From Selaginella moellendorffii (taxonomy: Eukaryota; Plantae; Lycopodiophyta), in contig NW_003314292.1 of the NCBI RefSeq assembly GCF_000143415.4, positions 799,325 through 863,324 of the forward strand: a stretch of 64,000 nucleotides of DNA, read 5' to 3'. Below, one piece after another: positions 12,951 to 23,578 of the stretch. The position numbers and the translations under genes were made by a program. Within the stretch, counting starts at the first letter, position 1, and every line of letters begins with the position of its first letter. The notes beneath the pieces are model-generated. The model was not told the DNA's origin. It saw only the letters and a program-made list of their open reading frames with translations, and ran no database searches.

Positions 12951-13206
12951 TGGACACTTCCACGTGTCATGTGTTGGTCCTTTTGGGTCCCTTTTTGGAG
13001 CCTCGCTTTTTGCTCGCTTCGTGCTCGTTCCTCGAGCACTTTGTTGGGAGTTCCACTCCTGCTCTTGACATTTCAAGTCGGAGCTTTTGGTCCAAACGTG
13101 TTACGCTTGTTTGGCTCTCGCTTCAGCCACTACCACGTGGCACCCTTTCCGGCTCCACTTTGGGGCCTAGGGATTTTGTGTCTCACACTTCCCTAGGGGG
13201 GGAGAG

Positions 13207-14352
13207 TGTCGCGAATGTGACTTCAGGTATCGAAAGTTACTTGTCGGCCAGTCCTTATGGACACTCTTACCTTACTGCCACAATGGCAGGAGGTCGGTAT
13301 TGCTGGACCCGTTATCAGTCTCCGCCTAAGCTAGTTGAGAAACTGGTCCTCGCGTGTGCACTTGACCAGATGAGCATAAGGAAGGAATTCCTAAGTGTCT
13401 ATTTAGTCAAGCATACTTGACCTGGTTAGAGAAACTCATTCGTTGGCTTACACTTGCTAGTGTTGGGAACCCCCGTGATATTGAGCTTGGTCCCTCAATA
13501 TTCGCTAGATGATAGCTTACCGTGTCTGCCAAACACCCTCGCTATCATGCCCTTTGTGTTAGTCTCAATTTGTCCTAGATGCTATTTATGGAAAGTGTCC
13601 AGATTTGCTCATTTGGCATATCTACAGAATGTAGAGATCGTCCTGAACACAATGGTGTTCATCCCATGTCCAAATTCGCAATCTAGAGACATTCCATATT
13701 TAGTAAGTTTTGAGCTTGTCCTAGAGACTAACTCCTGATACTAAGGGAGGCTTGGGGTGAAAGCCCAAAGCGTGTGTTCCTCAAGGGGGGGGGGGCTATG
13801 GGGGGTTCCAAATGTATAGTAGGGATAGTGGGTAGGTCGGGCATGACCGACCAACCTGAGGCATAGTCTAGCTCCCGCTTGCATGCCTGTCCTTGTTCTG
13901 CGTCCGGCTTGGGTCTAAGCCCAAGTTCCATTCCATGCTAGCTGGTGGAGTACCCATATCCTCATGTTAGGCCACCGGTATGCCGAAATAGCGCCAGACT
14001 CCGTTTGGCTCCGTTTTGCATGCTGGTCCTGGCATTGGGATGCTAGTTGCTCCAGGGCTGTTCCAAGTCGCTCCGAGCTCCTGTCCCTTCACTCCTTGAG
14101 CTATATGCTCGGGAGTTGCTCCATGGTTCGGTTCTATCACTTCTTGGCGTCACGTTTGGGAGTTTGGCACCGTTCCTTCGTTCAGTGGCCCAAGGCCCTG
14201 AACCTCGGGTTCCTATGGACACGTGGCATAGACACGTGATATGTGACACGTGGCATCTGTCACGTGGCATAAAGAGGGTTTAGGTTCCGCTTCGTGGTGT
14301 TATCCTATGGTAAATCACCATAGGATAAAGGGTCAAAACCACGTGCGCTACA
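13207..14352 (+). repeat. 3' LTR of LARD-like copy 1 (1146 bp)
   Basis: About 37 substitutions versus the 5' LTR by manual count (~3%), nearly all transitions. Confidence 0.96.
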
Positions 14353-14357
14353 TTGTA

Positions 14358-16209
14358 CCACTTATGTATTATTCTTCTTCATAAAAGAGGAGTGACATCC
14401 TTTGACAATATTAAAACAATTAATGATGTAACTTACCAAAGCTTTCAACAAGCTGCTGTTGCTATGGGTCTTCTTGATGATGATAATGAGTGGTATAATT
14501 GTTTACAAAAGGCATGCAATTTTCAGATGCCTACACAATTGTGTCAACTTTTTACTTTCATATATATTTTTTGCAATCCACAAAACCCACCATATCTTTG
14601 GGATATTTTTAAGGATCAGCTCTCTGAAGATTTTGGTAGAACAAATATTGTATACAGATATAAACTTGCTCTAATAGACATTAACTCAAGAATGAAAATA
14701 CATAGTAAAACAAACCAATCATACAATTTACCTATCCCAATCCTAAATACCTCTATTCAACCAATACCAAATTGCAACCATTTATATACAGAAATTTACC
14801 ATTATATTAGAAACTTGAATGTTGAACAATTAGCTATATTCAATGAAATTGTTAATATTGTCGAGTGCCCAACTGATACCAACCGTTTTATTTTTATTGA
14901 TGGCCCTGGTGGTACTAACAAAACATATTTATTAAATACAATAGTAAAATATTTTGAGTTCTACAATAAAAAAGTGGTTTGTATGGCATGGACAAGCATT
15001 GCAAGCACATTACTACACAATGGATAAACATCCCATACAACCTTTAAGTTACCAGTTCCAATTAATGATACATTTGTTTCTGGTTTAACACCTAATAACA
15101 ATGTTGGGAGATTTATGAAAGTAATACAAGTGTTTATTTGGGATGAAATTAGTATAGTTCATACACTTGCCTTTTCAGCTATCGACCGCTACCTACAAGA
15201 CTTAAAATAAAACAATTCTCCATTCCGTGGCATTGTTATTGTTACAAGTGGTGACTTCAGTCAAACATTACCAGTTATCCCACACAGTTATCGAGCACAG
15301 ATTGTTTCCACATCTGTAAGAATGAATAGTCTATGGAATCTATTTAGAAAGTTTCAATTACAAACAAATATGCGACTTGGCCCCAAGTTCCCAAACTGGG
15401 CAAAATGGCTATTGAAAGTCGATGATGGAAATAATTACACACAAAACCCTATTTTACCACTTGATTCTATCCTTCTTCCTTCAGAACTAATTAGAAGTAC
15501 CTCTATTACTAATTTCGTATTCCCATGTATCAAAAATATTTCAAATGTTCAAATTGCAGAAAATAGAGCCATTTTAACACCTCTCAATGATGATACATTT
15601 CCAATTAACAACAACATCATCTCTCAATTACCAGGTCCACCTCAAATTTATACTAGCATTGACTTTGTTAATGTTGAACACCTTGAAAATTTCCCAATTG
15701 AATTTCTAAACTCTATCACTCCCTCTGGACTACCACCACATAAATTGATACTAAAAGAAGGTTGTATAGTTATTTTTCTGAGAAATATATCTCTAACAAT
15801 TGAATTATGCAATGGAACTTGACTAATGGTCAAAAGAACTTCACCTAAAGTTTTGGACTATGAAATAATTACAGGTGAATTTAAAGGTACTAGAACTTTT
15901 ATCCCATGCATTAACTTAACACCCTCTGATTCAAATGTTTCATTCCATATGTGTCGAAAACAATTTCCTCTTCGTCTTAGATACTGTTTAACAATTTCAA
16001 AATACCAAGGTCAAACATTTGATCGTGTAGGCATCTACTTACCCTAGCTAGTCTTTACCTATGGGCAGCTCTATGTTGCACTCTCAAGATGCACATCACT
16101 ACAACAACTTGCAATTCGAGATGACACCACTCATACACAAGGCCACTTAATTCCATTTAATTCATCAACATTCACCATCAATACTGTATATAAAGAAGCT
16201 TTATATTAA
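14358..16209 (+). pseudogene. Helitron RepHel, C-terminal part (PIF1-like helicase)
   Basis: FIDGPGGTNKT (Walker A with G to N), WDEIS, GDFSQTLPV, TNMR, GLPPHKLILKEG, CNGT, RKQFPLRL, QGQT, GQLYVALSR. In-frame stops. Confidence 0.93.
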
Positions 16210-16495
16210 CTAACTCCTGTCCTACTACACCTTAAAACATAAAAACAAACTACAATAAACTTTGTTTATTTTTTAATTTTCCCTGTGGCCCAATGAATAG
16301 CAATGGACTGGTGCTAAAAATAAAGGAATCATCTCACAAGGAAATTGTGAGATGTGAGCAAATTCTCACAAAAATATGTTAGTAAGTTTGAGAGGCTTTG
16401 CCAACTACCCAGCATTGGCTGAGCAAATACTAGTATATATATATAGCAAGACTATAAAACAAAATGCCAAGCTATTACTCATTTCATTCATTATT

Positions 16496-16632
16496 TGTTT
16501 ATAAAGTTTTGTCAAAAAGCATGAGATCAACAAATTATAGTAAGTTTTTTTTATAAGCCTTCTGTTTATAAAGTTTTGTCAAAAAGCATGAGACCAACAA
16601 ATTATAATAAGTGTTTTTTATAAGCCTTCTGT
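16496..16632. repeat. 67-bp tandem duplication
   Basis: TGTTTATAAAGTTTTGTCAAAAAGCATGAGA...ATAAGCCTTC occurs twice with 3 mismatches. Confidence 0.9.
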
Positions 16633-16778
16633 CCCCGCCCTAGGCTTCACCGATCTGCCTGCTGCCCCTCCTGTTGCATCTTGGATTGGAACCTCAATGC
16701 CTAATATAAAGCATCACAAATAACTTGATCAACCTATGAAATGATAAGTCATTTTAAATCTTTTGAAAGAATCTCCCG

Positions 16779-19004
16779 TCACCAAAAGTTCCCACACGAG
16801 CATTCCCCGTTGAAGAAGCTGTGAAATCTAGTCGCGTCCCTGCACACTATCCGCCTCTTCTCGATCCTAGAAATAATTTTTGTTGCCTCGTGACAATCAT
16901 CGCAAACCCGGAGGTTCTTCATGATCCGGAGTGTCGTGCCAGGAGCAGTGTTGAGTAGAGCACAAGCTATGGCCAACCTCTCGCTATGGCCACACAAGTT
17001 CTCTTCCTTCTCGGCCTCTGGAACCTTTCGCCCCACACTTCCCACGTCTGCTACGTACCCGTGCTCCTTCATCGTTGCCACTATTAACTTTAGCCTCGCG
17101 TTGATCTCTTCGCTCTGTGGATGGCTCGTATCACCCACGATGAAGCTGTGAACTCTTCCCAGATCGTCCGTCCACCAGCTTCGTCCCGCTGGTTTCTTCC
17201 ATGCCCGAGCCTCCACTCGCATCATCTCGATCCTAGCCTGCTCCTCCCACATCCCTCGGCTTCCATAGATCGTCTCCATGAGCACGTACGCCCCAGCTTC
17301 TCTCTCGTCGATCTTCACCAGAGCTTCAAAGGCAATCCGTCCGACTTCGGAGTTCTTCCACTTCTTGCAAGCACCCAACAGGATCATCCACGTCAAGTAG
17401 ACCGGCTGGAAAGGCATAGTTTCCACCAGTCTCAGAGCAGCTTCTAGCTCGCTGGCCCTTCCCAGCATATCCACCATGCAGTGGTAGTGCTCTAGTGTGT
17501 GCTCAATGCTGAATCTGCCTTTCATAGCTTGGAAGTACTTCTTGCCTTTGGATACCAAACCAGCGTGGCTGCAAGCGTAGAGAATGCAGCCTAGAGTGAT
17601 TCTGTTCCCTCTCACTTCTTCTTGTTGCATCCGTTCGAAAGAACTAAAAGTCAGTCTTGTTTCCCCTAGATGACTGTAGCCAGCTATGAGAGCAGTCCAA
17701 GTTATGCAGCCCGGAGAGAGAACCGAATCGAAAACTTGCTGTGAGTCCACCATGCTGCCACATTTCCCGTAGAAATCCACCAGGCAGTTCGTAAGAACCT
17801 TGTCTTTCTCTAGGCCAGACCTGAGGATGCTACCGTGAATTGCCTTTCCAACTCGTAGAGCCGCAACAGAGCCACAAGCTTTGAGTACCTCTGAAAAAGT
17901 GAGAGCGTTTGGTTCGCAGCCTTGGAGCTTCATTCGAGTAAACAAGTCCAGAGCTGCCTCTGCTTCCCCGTTGTCAGCAAAACCGAGCATCAAGGCGTTG
18001 CATAGCACGGCGTCAAAACGCGAGGCCGTCCCGTCAAAGACGCGCTTGGCATCGACTAAACTCCCGCAGTTTGTGTACATGTCCACCAGGGCGCTTGCCA
18101 CGAAAACATTAGAGCAGTCGATCCCTCGCTTTGCTGCTTGAGAGTGAACTGTGAAGCCTTTGGCCAGAGCGTCAACCTTCACCAGCCTTGGCTTCCCGCA
18201 AAGGAAAAACTCCCTGCCGTCTTCTTCCACAGCCAAAGCACTGCAGGCCTTCAAAGCAGCGACGAAAGTTCGAGCATCAGGTTGACAGCCTTCAGCTTTC
18301 ATCTGAGCCATCAACTGTAGTGAAAAGTTTCCATCCCCGTTCACCGCATAGCCAAGTATCAAAGCGTTCCACAGAACCACGTCGTGATACGGCATTCTGT
18401 CGAAAACCAGCTGAGCGTCTTCCATACTCCCACAGTTCGAGTACATGTCCACCAGAGCACTCGCCACAAAGATGTGGGACTCGCAGCTGCTCTTGGACGC
18501 TTCACAATGAACTGCAAAGCCTTTCTCCAGAGACTCTACCTTCACAACCTGCTTAGATAATTCCCGGCCTTCTTCTTTTGCTGCCAAGTTCGTGCAAGCC
18601 TTCACTACAGCAACGTATGTTCGCGTCTCTGCTGCGTAGCCTTCTCGTAGCAACCGAGAAAATAACTCCAAAGCCAGCTCCGCTTCACCAGTTTCTGCAT
18701 ACCCCAGTAGCAAAGGATTCCAGGACGCTAAACTACGAGAGCCTATCCTGTCGAAGACCCTTCGAGCTTCCGCTAGGCTTCCACATTTGGCATACATACT
18801 GACCAGTGTATTTGCTATGTAGATGTTTGAGTCATCCCCGTTGTCACTAATATCAGCGTGGACCAATCTCCCCCTGTGTAAGTCCCTGGAGCGACTGCAT
18901 TCTTTGAGTTCTGCAAGCCAAATGGATGTCCTCCTCCGTTCATCAGAACAATTTCGCACGGATTCTATGTAGGAAAACCTTTCAGCTGGTTGCAAGCAAT
19001 GCAT
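16779..19004 (-). CDS. PLS-class PPR protein with E and DYW deaminase domains (organellar C-to-U editing factor type)
   Basis: Intronless 741-aa ORF with PLS motifs, KKPAGRSWW, HSERLA, KNLRVCDDCH and C-terminus CSCGNFW. Confidence 0.95.
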   Translation of the reverse strand: MHCLQPAERFSYIESVRNCSDERRRTSIWLAELKECSRSRDLHRGRLVHADISDNGDDSNIYIANTLVSMYAKCGSLAEARRVFDRIGSRSLASWNPLLLGYAETGEAELALELFSRLLREGYAAETRTYVAVVKACTNLAAKEEGRELSKQVVKVESLEKGFAVHCEASKSSCESHIFVASALVDMYSNCGSMEDAQLVFDRMPYHDVVLWNALILGYAVNGDGNFSLQLMAQMKAEGCQPDARTFVAALKACSALAVEEDGREFFLCGKPRLVKVDALAKGFTVHSQAAKRGIDCSNVFVASALVDMYTNCGSLVDAKRVFDGTASRFDAVLCNALMLGFADNGEAEAALDLFTRMKLQGCEPNALTFSEVLKACGSVAALRVGKAIHGSILRSGLEKDKVLTNCLVDFYGKCGSMVDSQQVFDSVLSPGCITWTALIAGYSHLGETRLTFSSFERMQQEEVRGNRITLGCILYACSHAGLVSKGKKYFQAMKGRFSIEHTLEHYHCMVDMLGRASELEAALRLVETMPFQPVYLTWMILLGACKKWKNSEVGRIAFEALVKIDEREAGAYVLMETIYGSRGMWEEQARIEMMRVEARAWKKPAGRSWWTDDLGRVHSFIVGDTSHPQSEEINARLKLIVATMKEHGYVADVGSVGRKVPEAEKEENLCGHSERLAIACALLNTAPGTTLRIMKNLRVCDDCHEATKIISRIEKRRIVCRDATRFHSFFNGECSCGNFW

Positions 19005-19198
19005 TAGAGAGATAGCAATGCATACTTCTTCCTGACCTCGAAAACGCTGTCCACCCGTTTCCCGAAGACCTAGGAGTTTTTAAAAGTATCAAGATGTATT
19101 ACAGGAGGAAGCATAAACTAACAACGAGTACGACTGGTGCTGCATAAAGAAGAGCAAATCAAGTTAGACATAAATCGTGATCCAGGAAAGTCATTCAC

Positions 19199-20205
19199 CT
19201 ATGTTCCCGGTAACAACGTGGCCATATGCTGAAAATGACAAACAAGGAGCCTCTTGAGATCGTCCATGACATGTTGTGTGTAGTCTTGCTCTCTCTCGAG
19301 CAGCAACTTCTGTAGAAATGCAGCAGTCGCGCCTGCCATAGTCGCTCTCTCCAGAGGTTGCAACTTGTTCAATGCAGCAAAATCCACCTAAAACAAAGGC
19401 ATCACTCATCGTCTGTCGGAATTCCATATGTACCTCAAAGGGATTGACCACTCCCGGTGCTTTGAGAGATATAAGCTCCTCAACTATGTCCCAGACTTTC
19501 GTGCCTGCAAAAGACTTGAGCTTCTTTAAATAATATCAGTGAGGAACCAAGCTTTTAGAATTCACAGCAAAGAAGTCTACCCTTTATTTTCCAGTCTCGT
19601 AAAGTCTGAAGATCAACTGGCCTGTCCTTGTTAAACTCGTGGTTACACCCTTCCGTATCAGACCTCAGCTGTCACAGTTCCAAAAGTGTTTTAAGCGGCA
19701 AGAAAAAAAAAAGGAAACGAGAAGAAAACATAAATCTCTCACCCAAATATATGGCCACGCATATCGGCCATAAGCTCCCAGCAAGAACAACGTTTCATTC
19801 GACTTCACCTGAATTTCCACACAGTCCCAATCAGCGAACTTGGAAAGAAAAGAAAAGGAAAGAAAGAAAAATGCAAACAACTGAATAGAACCAAACTTTC
19901 TTTGTCTCGGAGCTTGACGGACTTGCTGGAGGCAAAGCCGATTTAGAGGAGCGATTCTCCAAGCAAAAATTTCTTCCACTACTGCACCCTTTCTCCGTCT
20001 AGAATAAAATGCAAGCAAAGAAATCTCTCATACCTGATCGATTCCTCGCTCCGAATCGTGATCAACAGCTCCTCCCGGCCCCTCAAATACGTCGTGAAAT
20101 GCCGAAAAACCTGGGAAGAATGCCGATCAGCGCAGACCTAGAATGAAACCCTACACTCACGCGAAGGCAACCGAAAGAGAGAATGTCGCGATAGAGCTCT
20201 TCCAT
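19199..20205 (-). CDS. Uncharacterised protein, ~7 exons
   Basis: GT-AG exons give MEELYRDILSFGCLR|VFRHFTTYLRGREELLITIRSEESIR|RRKGAVVEEIFAWRIAP...|...LFLLGAYGRYAWPYIW|LRSDTEG...WKIK|GTKVWDIVEELI...NPFE|VDFAALNKLQPLER...PGT*. One internal junction is not fully resolved. Confidence 0.75.
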
Positions 20206-20288
20206 CCAATGTCAATCATTGCTAAGAACCCTAAATTTCCACTTGGCATTTATCAAGGTGAAAAAAGCCCTAGAGCCCTGCCAGGGCA
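20206..20288. promoter_or_regulatory. Putative bidirectional promoter (83 bp between start codons) with telo-box-like motif
   Basis: Divergent ATGs at 20205(-) and 20289(+); AACCCTAAA at ~20227. Confidence 0.55.
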
Positions 20289-21684
20289 ATGGCGGAGAGG
20301 GCCGGGGCGGCAGCTGCTGCTGTAATGCGGCCTCCATCGCCGGAAGCATGGCGCCAGGTCTGGCGTGATGTTCTTCGATCGCAGCAGCTGCGCAAGGTAT
20401 TTCGCTCTCGTTCGTGTCGATATTTGTCTATTTTGTTTCTTTTCCAGACGATTCCTTCTGTCGCGATTTCTAGAGTGAATCAGTTTGATGCCGAGAGGCT
20501 GGATTTCGAGATGACAGGAATGTTGCGAGGGCAGCTCCTGAAAATATTTTCGTTTGTCCAGGTGATGGTTATTTGGTAGACACTCGAGTTTTGCTTGATG
20601 ATCTTTCGTATGACAATGCACAGCCAGGTTTACTATCTCGCTACGAACCGGAACTCAACGCTTTCTTGGAGTTTCTTATATGGAGATTTTCGATCTGGGT
20701 CGATCGTCCTACGCCTGGGAATGCTCTCATGAACCTTCGCTACCGGGACGAGCGTGAATTTTTGAAACTTCCAGCTTCACAAGGTATGTTTCTTCTATCT
20801 GTTTTTGTTCGTGCTCAAAGTTTCGATGCAGTAAGGACGGGTTTGGAGGGCCCTGGTCTTACAGCACTACAAAAGATTTTTTACTGCCTCGCTCTAGTGG
20901 GAGGAAGATATGGCTGGGCTCGGCTGCAGCTGGTTTCAGCATTTCAACGATGGGGAGACCGCGACAGTGTATGTTTTTCTTTTCGATTCAAGATAGCTGT
21001 GATTTACGTTTGCCATTTTTAACCAGAGGTCATGGCCACGAAGGGTATGGGTCTTATTACAACGAGCAGAAAGCTTCTATAAGGTAGCTTACATGATAAA
21101 TCTGATCGCTTTTCTTCGTACTGGAAGGTATGCAAGGTTGTCTCGGACTTAACATGAAGAATATAAACTTTTTCTTTGCAATTGTGGAATGCAAGGTACC
21201 GGAATTTGGTGGAGAGACTTTTGCAGACCCGCTTGGTTTATCTAAGGCCGAACATGAGCCGAGCGGTGAGCTTTGAGTACATGAACCATCAACTTGTATG
21301 GCAAGAATTTTCGGTAAGTGTGGTTCCTTTTTGCCCATTGTCTATGCTAACTGCGGTCTATAGGAGTTATTGCTACTAGTTTTGCCGTTGCTAAACGTCT
21401 TCTCGCTCAAGAAAGTTCTTCCTTCGTCCTTGACGGGTAAAGAGACTGTAAAGCGCACAGATGAAGAGACCTGTCCTATTTGCGAAGTGTCTCCTATCAA
21501 CGTTCCTTATATGGCAGTTCCTTGCGGGCATCGGCATTGCTACTACTGCCTTTCTACAAGGTGTATCGCGAACTCTACGTACCGGTGTGCACGATGCAAT
21601 TCAAATGTCACAGCAATGCAGCGATATCATCCACAAGTTGAGCTCGGTAGCTCCGATCAGCAAAATGTGAAAAACAAAATTTAA
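20289..21684 (+). CDS. PEX2: Peroxisome biogenesis protein 2 (RING peroxin), multi-exon
   Basis: RVNQFDAERLD, YEPELNAFLEFLIWRFSIWVDRPTPGNALMNLRY, FEYMNHQLVWQEFSE and a C-terminal RING CPIC...PCGHRHCYYC...CARC. Confidence 0.95.
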
Positions 21685-21760
21685 ATTGCTTCTGGTACGT
21701 ATTACTAACAGAATAGCACTTTGGAAATTGAACTTGTATGGTTTCATTTGTGGACAGGCG

Positions 21761-23287
21761 CTACTGTTTAAGAAGCTGTCTGCACCACTTGCACTTTTTC
21801 CTTACGTCAACTCCTCGAAAGAGCATTATGAGGGCTACTACGTAGAGCACCACCAGCAGATTCAAGGCGATAACCCAGATGACAAACTTGTACTTTGGGA
21901 GTGAGTAGATTCTCCACGGCCGAGAGGGAGGTTGGTATGGCTGCAAGTGCTGCTGCTGATGGTGCTGGTTGTGGTGGTGCTGCTGGTGATGCTGTTGAAG
22001 CCGACTGTGAACATGATACCGTTGATCCATTTCACGCTGGATAAGTTGGTGATCGAACTCATAGTGGTGCCTCTGAGATGCTATAGCCGGAGCACTCGCA
22101 GTGAATTCGTGGGCTGGGATTCCGGGAGCAGCCGGGGCTGGAGTGCCAGTTGTAATAATACCGACAGGTTGAGTTGGCCAAGTGAGTGGTGGTCGCTGGA
22201 GAAGTATGAATCCCAGCAGAATTCCGGATATGCAACCTCCCAAGTGAGCGTAATTGTCGACGTGCGGCATCTTCCCGAGAGCTAGATTGATGATGAAGAG
22301 GACTACAAGCTGGGACAGCGTGAACCAGCTACGTTCGTGATGAGACCAGTTAACGAGAAGCTCCGACAGTAGCGCTCCCATGAGGCCAAACAGCGCACCA
22401 GAGGCTCCTACAGAGATCGTGAGTCGCAGGAACAAGGCAGAGAGAAGACTTCCACCGAAACCGGCGATGAGATAGACGAATCCGAGCTTCAGGAACCCAA
22501 ACTCTTGCTCCATTTGAAGTCCCAGCGTAAGGAGGCCCAGCATGTTTAACAGGAGATGGAAAACGCCGGCATGAAGCCAGATGCAAGACACCAGCCGCCA
22601 TCCCTCTCGACCACTGGTGACAAGCTCCGACTCAAGAGCTCCCATTCTCAGGAGAGTGTTCGAAGATGGTCCGAGCAGTGGATTCTGGCTTAGTGGCTGG
22701 AACGAAAATCTCTTGAGTCCGGGAAGAATGCAGCGATACTCCGTCTGGTGAGCAGGACAGTCGTTCCGGTACATGGTGATTATGAACACGACAATGTTGG
22801 CGATGACGAAGATTGGCACGATAACAACTCTTTTCCGCATTCGGCAGCAACTTTGCCCGTCTCTCGTCACATGAGGTGGTGAAGAGATCGAGTGTGGACT
22901 TAACGGAATAATGACTACTTCAGGGGATCCGGGCCTGGCAGCAGTAGTTTCACAGTGGTGGTCTTCTCTCCGGACTATAAAGAGGGGGTTCATCTCTAAG
23001 TATCCGGCGAGCCGGGGGCCGAGTTCACTGATCCGTGCGGTCTCTTTGCGATCAATGCAAGGCGGTGGCGGTGTTCTTCGTCCGCTCGACGCAGGTCCGA
23101 CAGCTGCCGGTACTGAGTAAACAGATTTGATGTCCTCAGCTTCGCTGGTGCTGCCGGTTTCTCTGCGGTCGCTGGCATTGATGCCGTTGACGCTGTGGTG
23201 GCGGTGGTGAGCGCTGCAGTGGATTTGGCGTAGGCTTTCGAGCTCGCACGGAAATTCTTGTCGCGGAAACTTGTGAGTCGTTTCCAT
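21761..23287 (-). CDS. Rhomboid-like intramembrane serine protease, intronless (frame open to 23479; first ATG 23287)
   Basis: NPLLGPS, WRLVSCIWLHAG, SVGASGALFG (catalytic Ser) and DNYAHLGG (catalytic His). Confidence 0.9.
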   Translation of the reverse strand: METTHKFPRQEFPCELESLRQIHCSAHHRHHSVNGINASDRRETGSTSEAEDIKSVYSVPAAVGPASSGRRTPPPPCIDRKETARISELGPRLAGYLEMNPLFIVRREDHHCETTAARPGSPEVVIIPLSPHSISSPPHVTRDGQSCCRMRKRVVIVPIFVIANIVVFIITMYRNDCPAHQTEYRCILPGLKRFSFQPLSQNPLLGPSSNTLLRMGALESELVTSGREGWRLVSCIWLHAGVFHLLLNMLGLLTLGLQMEQEFGFLKLGFVYLIAGFGGSLLSALFLRLTISVGASGALFGLMGALLSELLVNWSHHERSWFTLSQLVVLFIINLALGKMPHVDNYAHLGGCISGILLGFILLQRPPLTWPTQPVGIITTGTPAPAAPGIPAHEFTASAPAIASQRHHYEFDHQLIQREMDQRYHVHSRLQQHHQQHHHNQHHQQQHLQPYQPPSRPWRIYSLPKYKFVIWVIALNLLVVLYVVALIMLFRGVDVRKKCKWCRQLLKQ

Positions 23288-23578
23288 TTCTTTCTTGCTC
23301 GTGTGAAAGCTTATTTTGTTTTCTCCCGTCGTGTTGTGCAGTGTCACAGACGAAGACTTTGCAAACGAAAGAAAGGAGTTTTCCCGTGACAAACGGCAAC
23401 TGTCGCATGACTTTCCGTCGGAGTTAGGCCAACTGACGGCCGTTGCTGCCGGTGCACAAGGATATTCTCTAACTGGCAAGCTAGCCTAAGGAATCGGTTC
23501 GATCCCCAGCAAGGTGAGTTCTTTTTCTTCTTTTTGTTTTCCTTCTAGTCACACTCTTTCTGTGGTTGCTATAGGATC

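Larger units (their letters stand above)
4842..14352 (+). mobile_element. Complete non-autonomous LTR retrotransposon (LARD-like, no intact gag/pol), copy 1
   Basis: TG...CA LTRs at 4842-6079 and 13207-14352. TSD TTGTA at 4837-4841 and 14353-14357. iMet-like PBS TGGTATCAAAG at 6082. PPT AGGGGGGGAGAG at 13195-13206. No long ORF in the ~7.1-kb interior. Confidence 0.95.
2291..16433 (+). mobile_element. Helitron (autonomous type, decayed), interrupted by an LTR element; 5' end approximate
   Basis: RepHel remnants run from 2353 to 16209. The 3' terminus is CTAG (16430-16433) followed by T, preceded by an imperfect hairpin CCCAGC-ATTG-GCTGAG (16408-16423). The 5' A|TC is not resolved: there are several candidates at 2290-2323, or it lies further upstream. 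Confidence 0.85.

Noticed and set aside
12481-13076. ORFs with WSPR / RDGV / ESEM repeats, or a CRISPR-like array
   Set aside because: These are translation products of a head-to-tail tandem repeat. There are no unique spacers and the context is eukaryotic.
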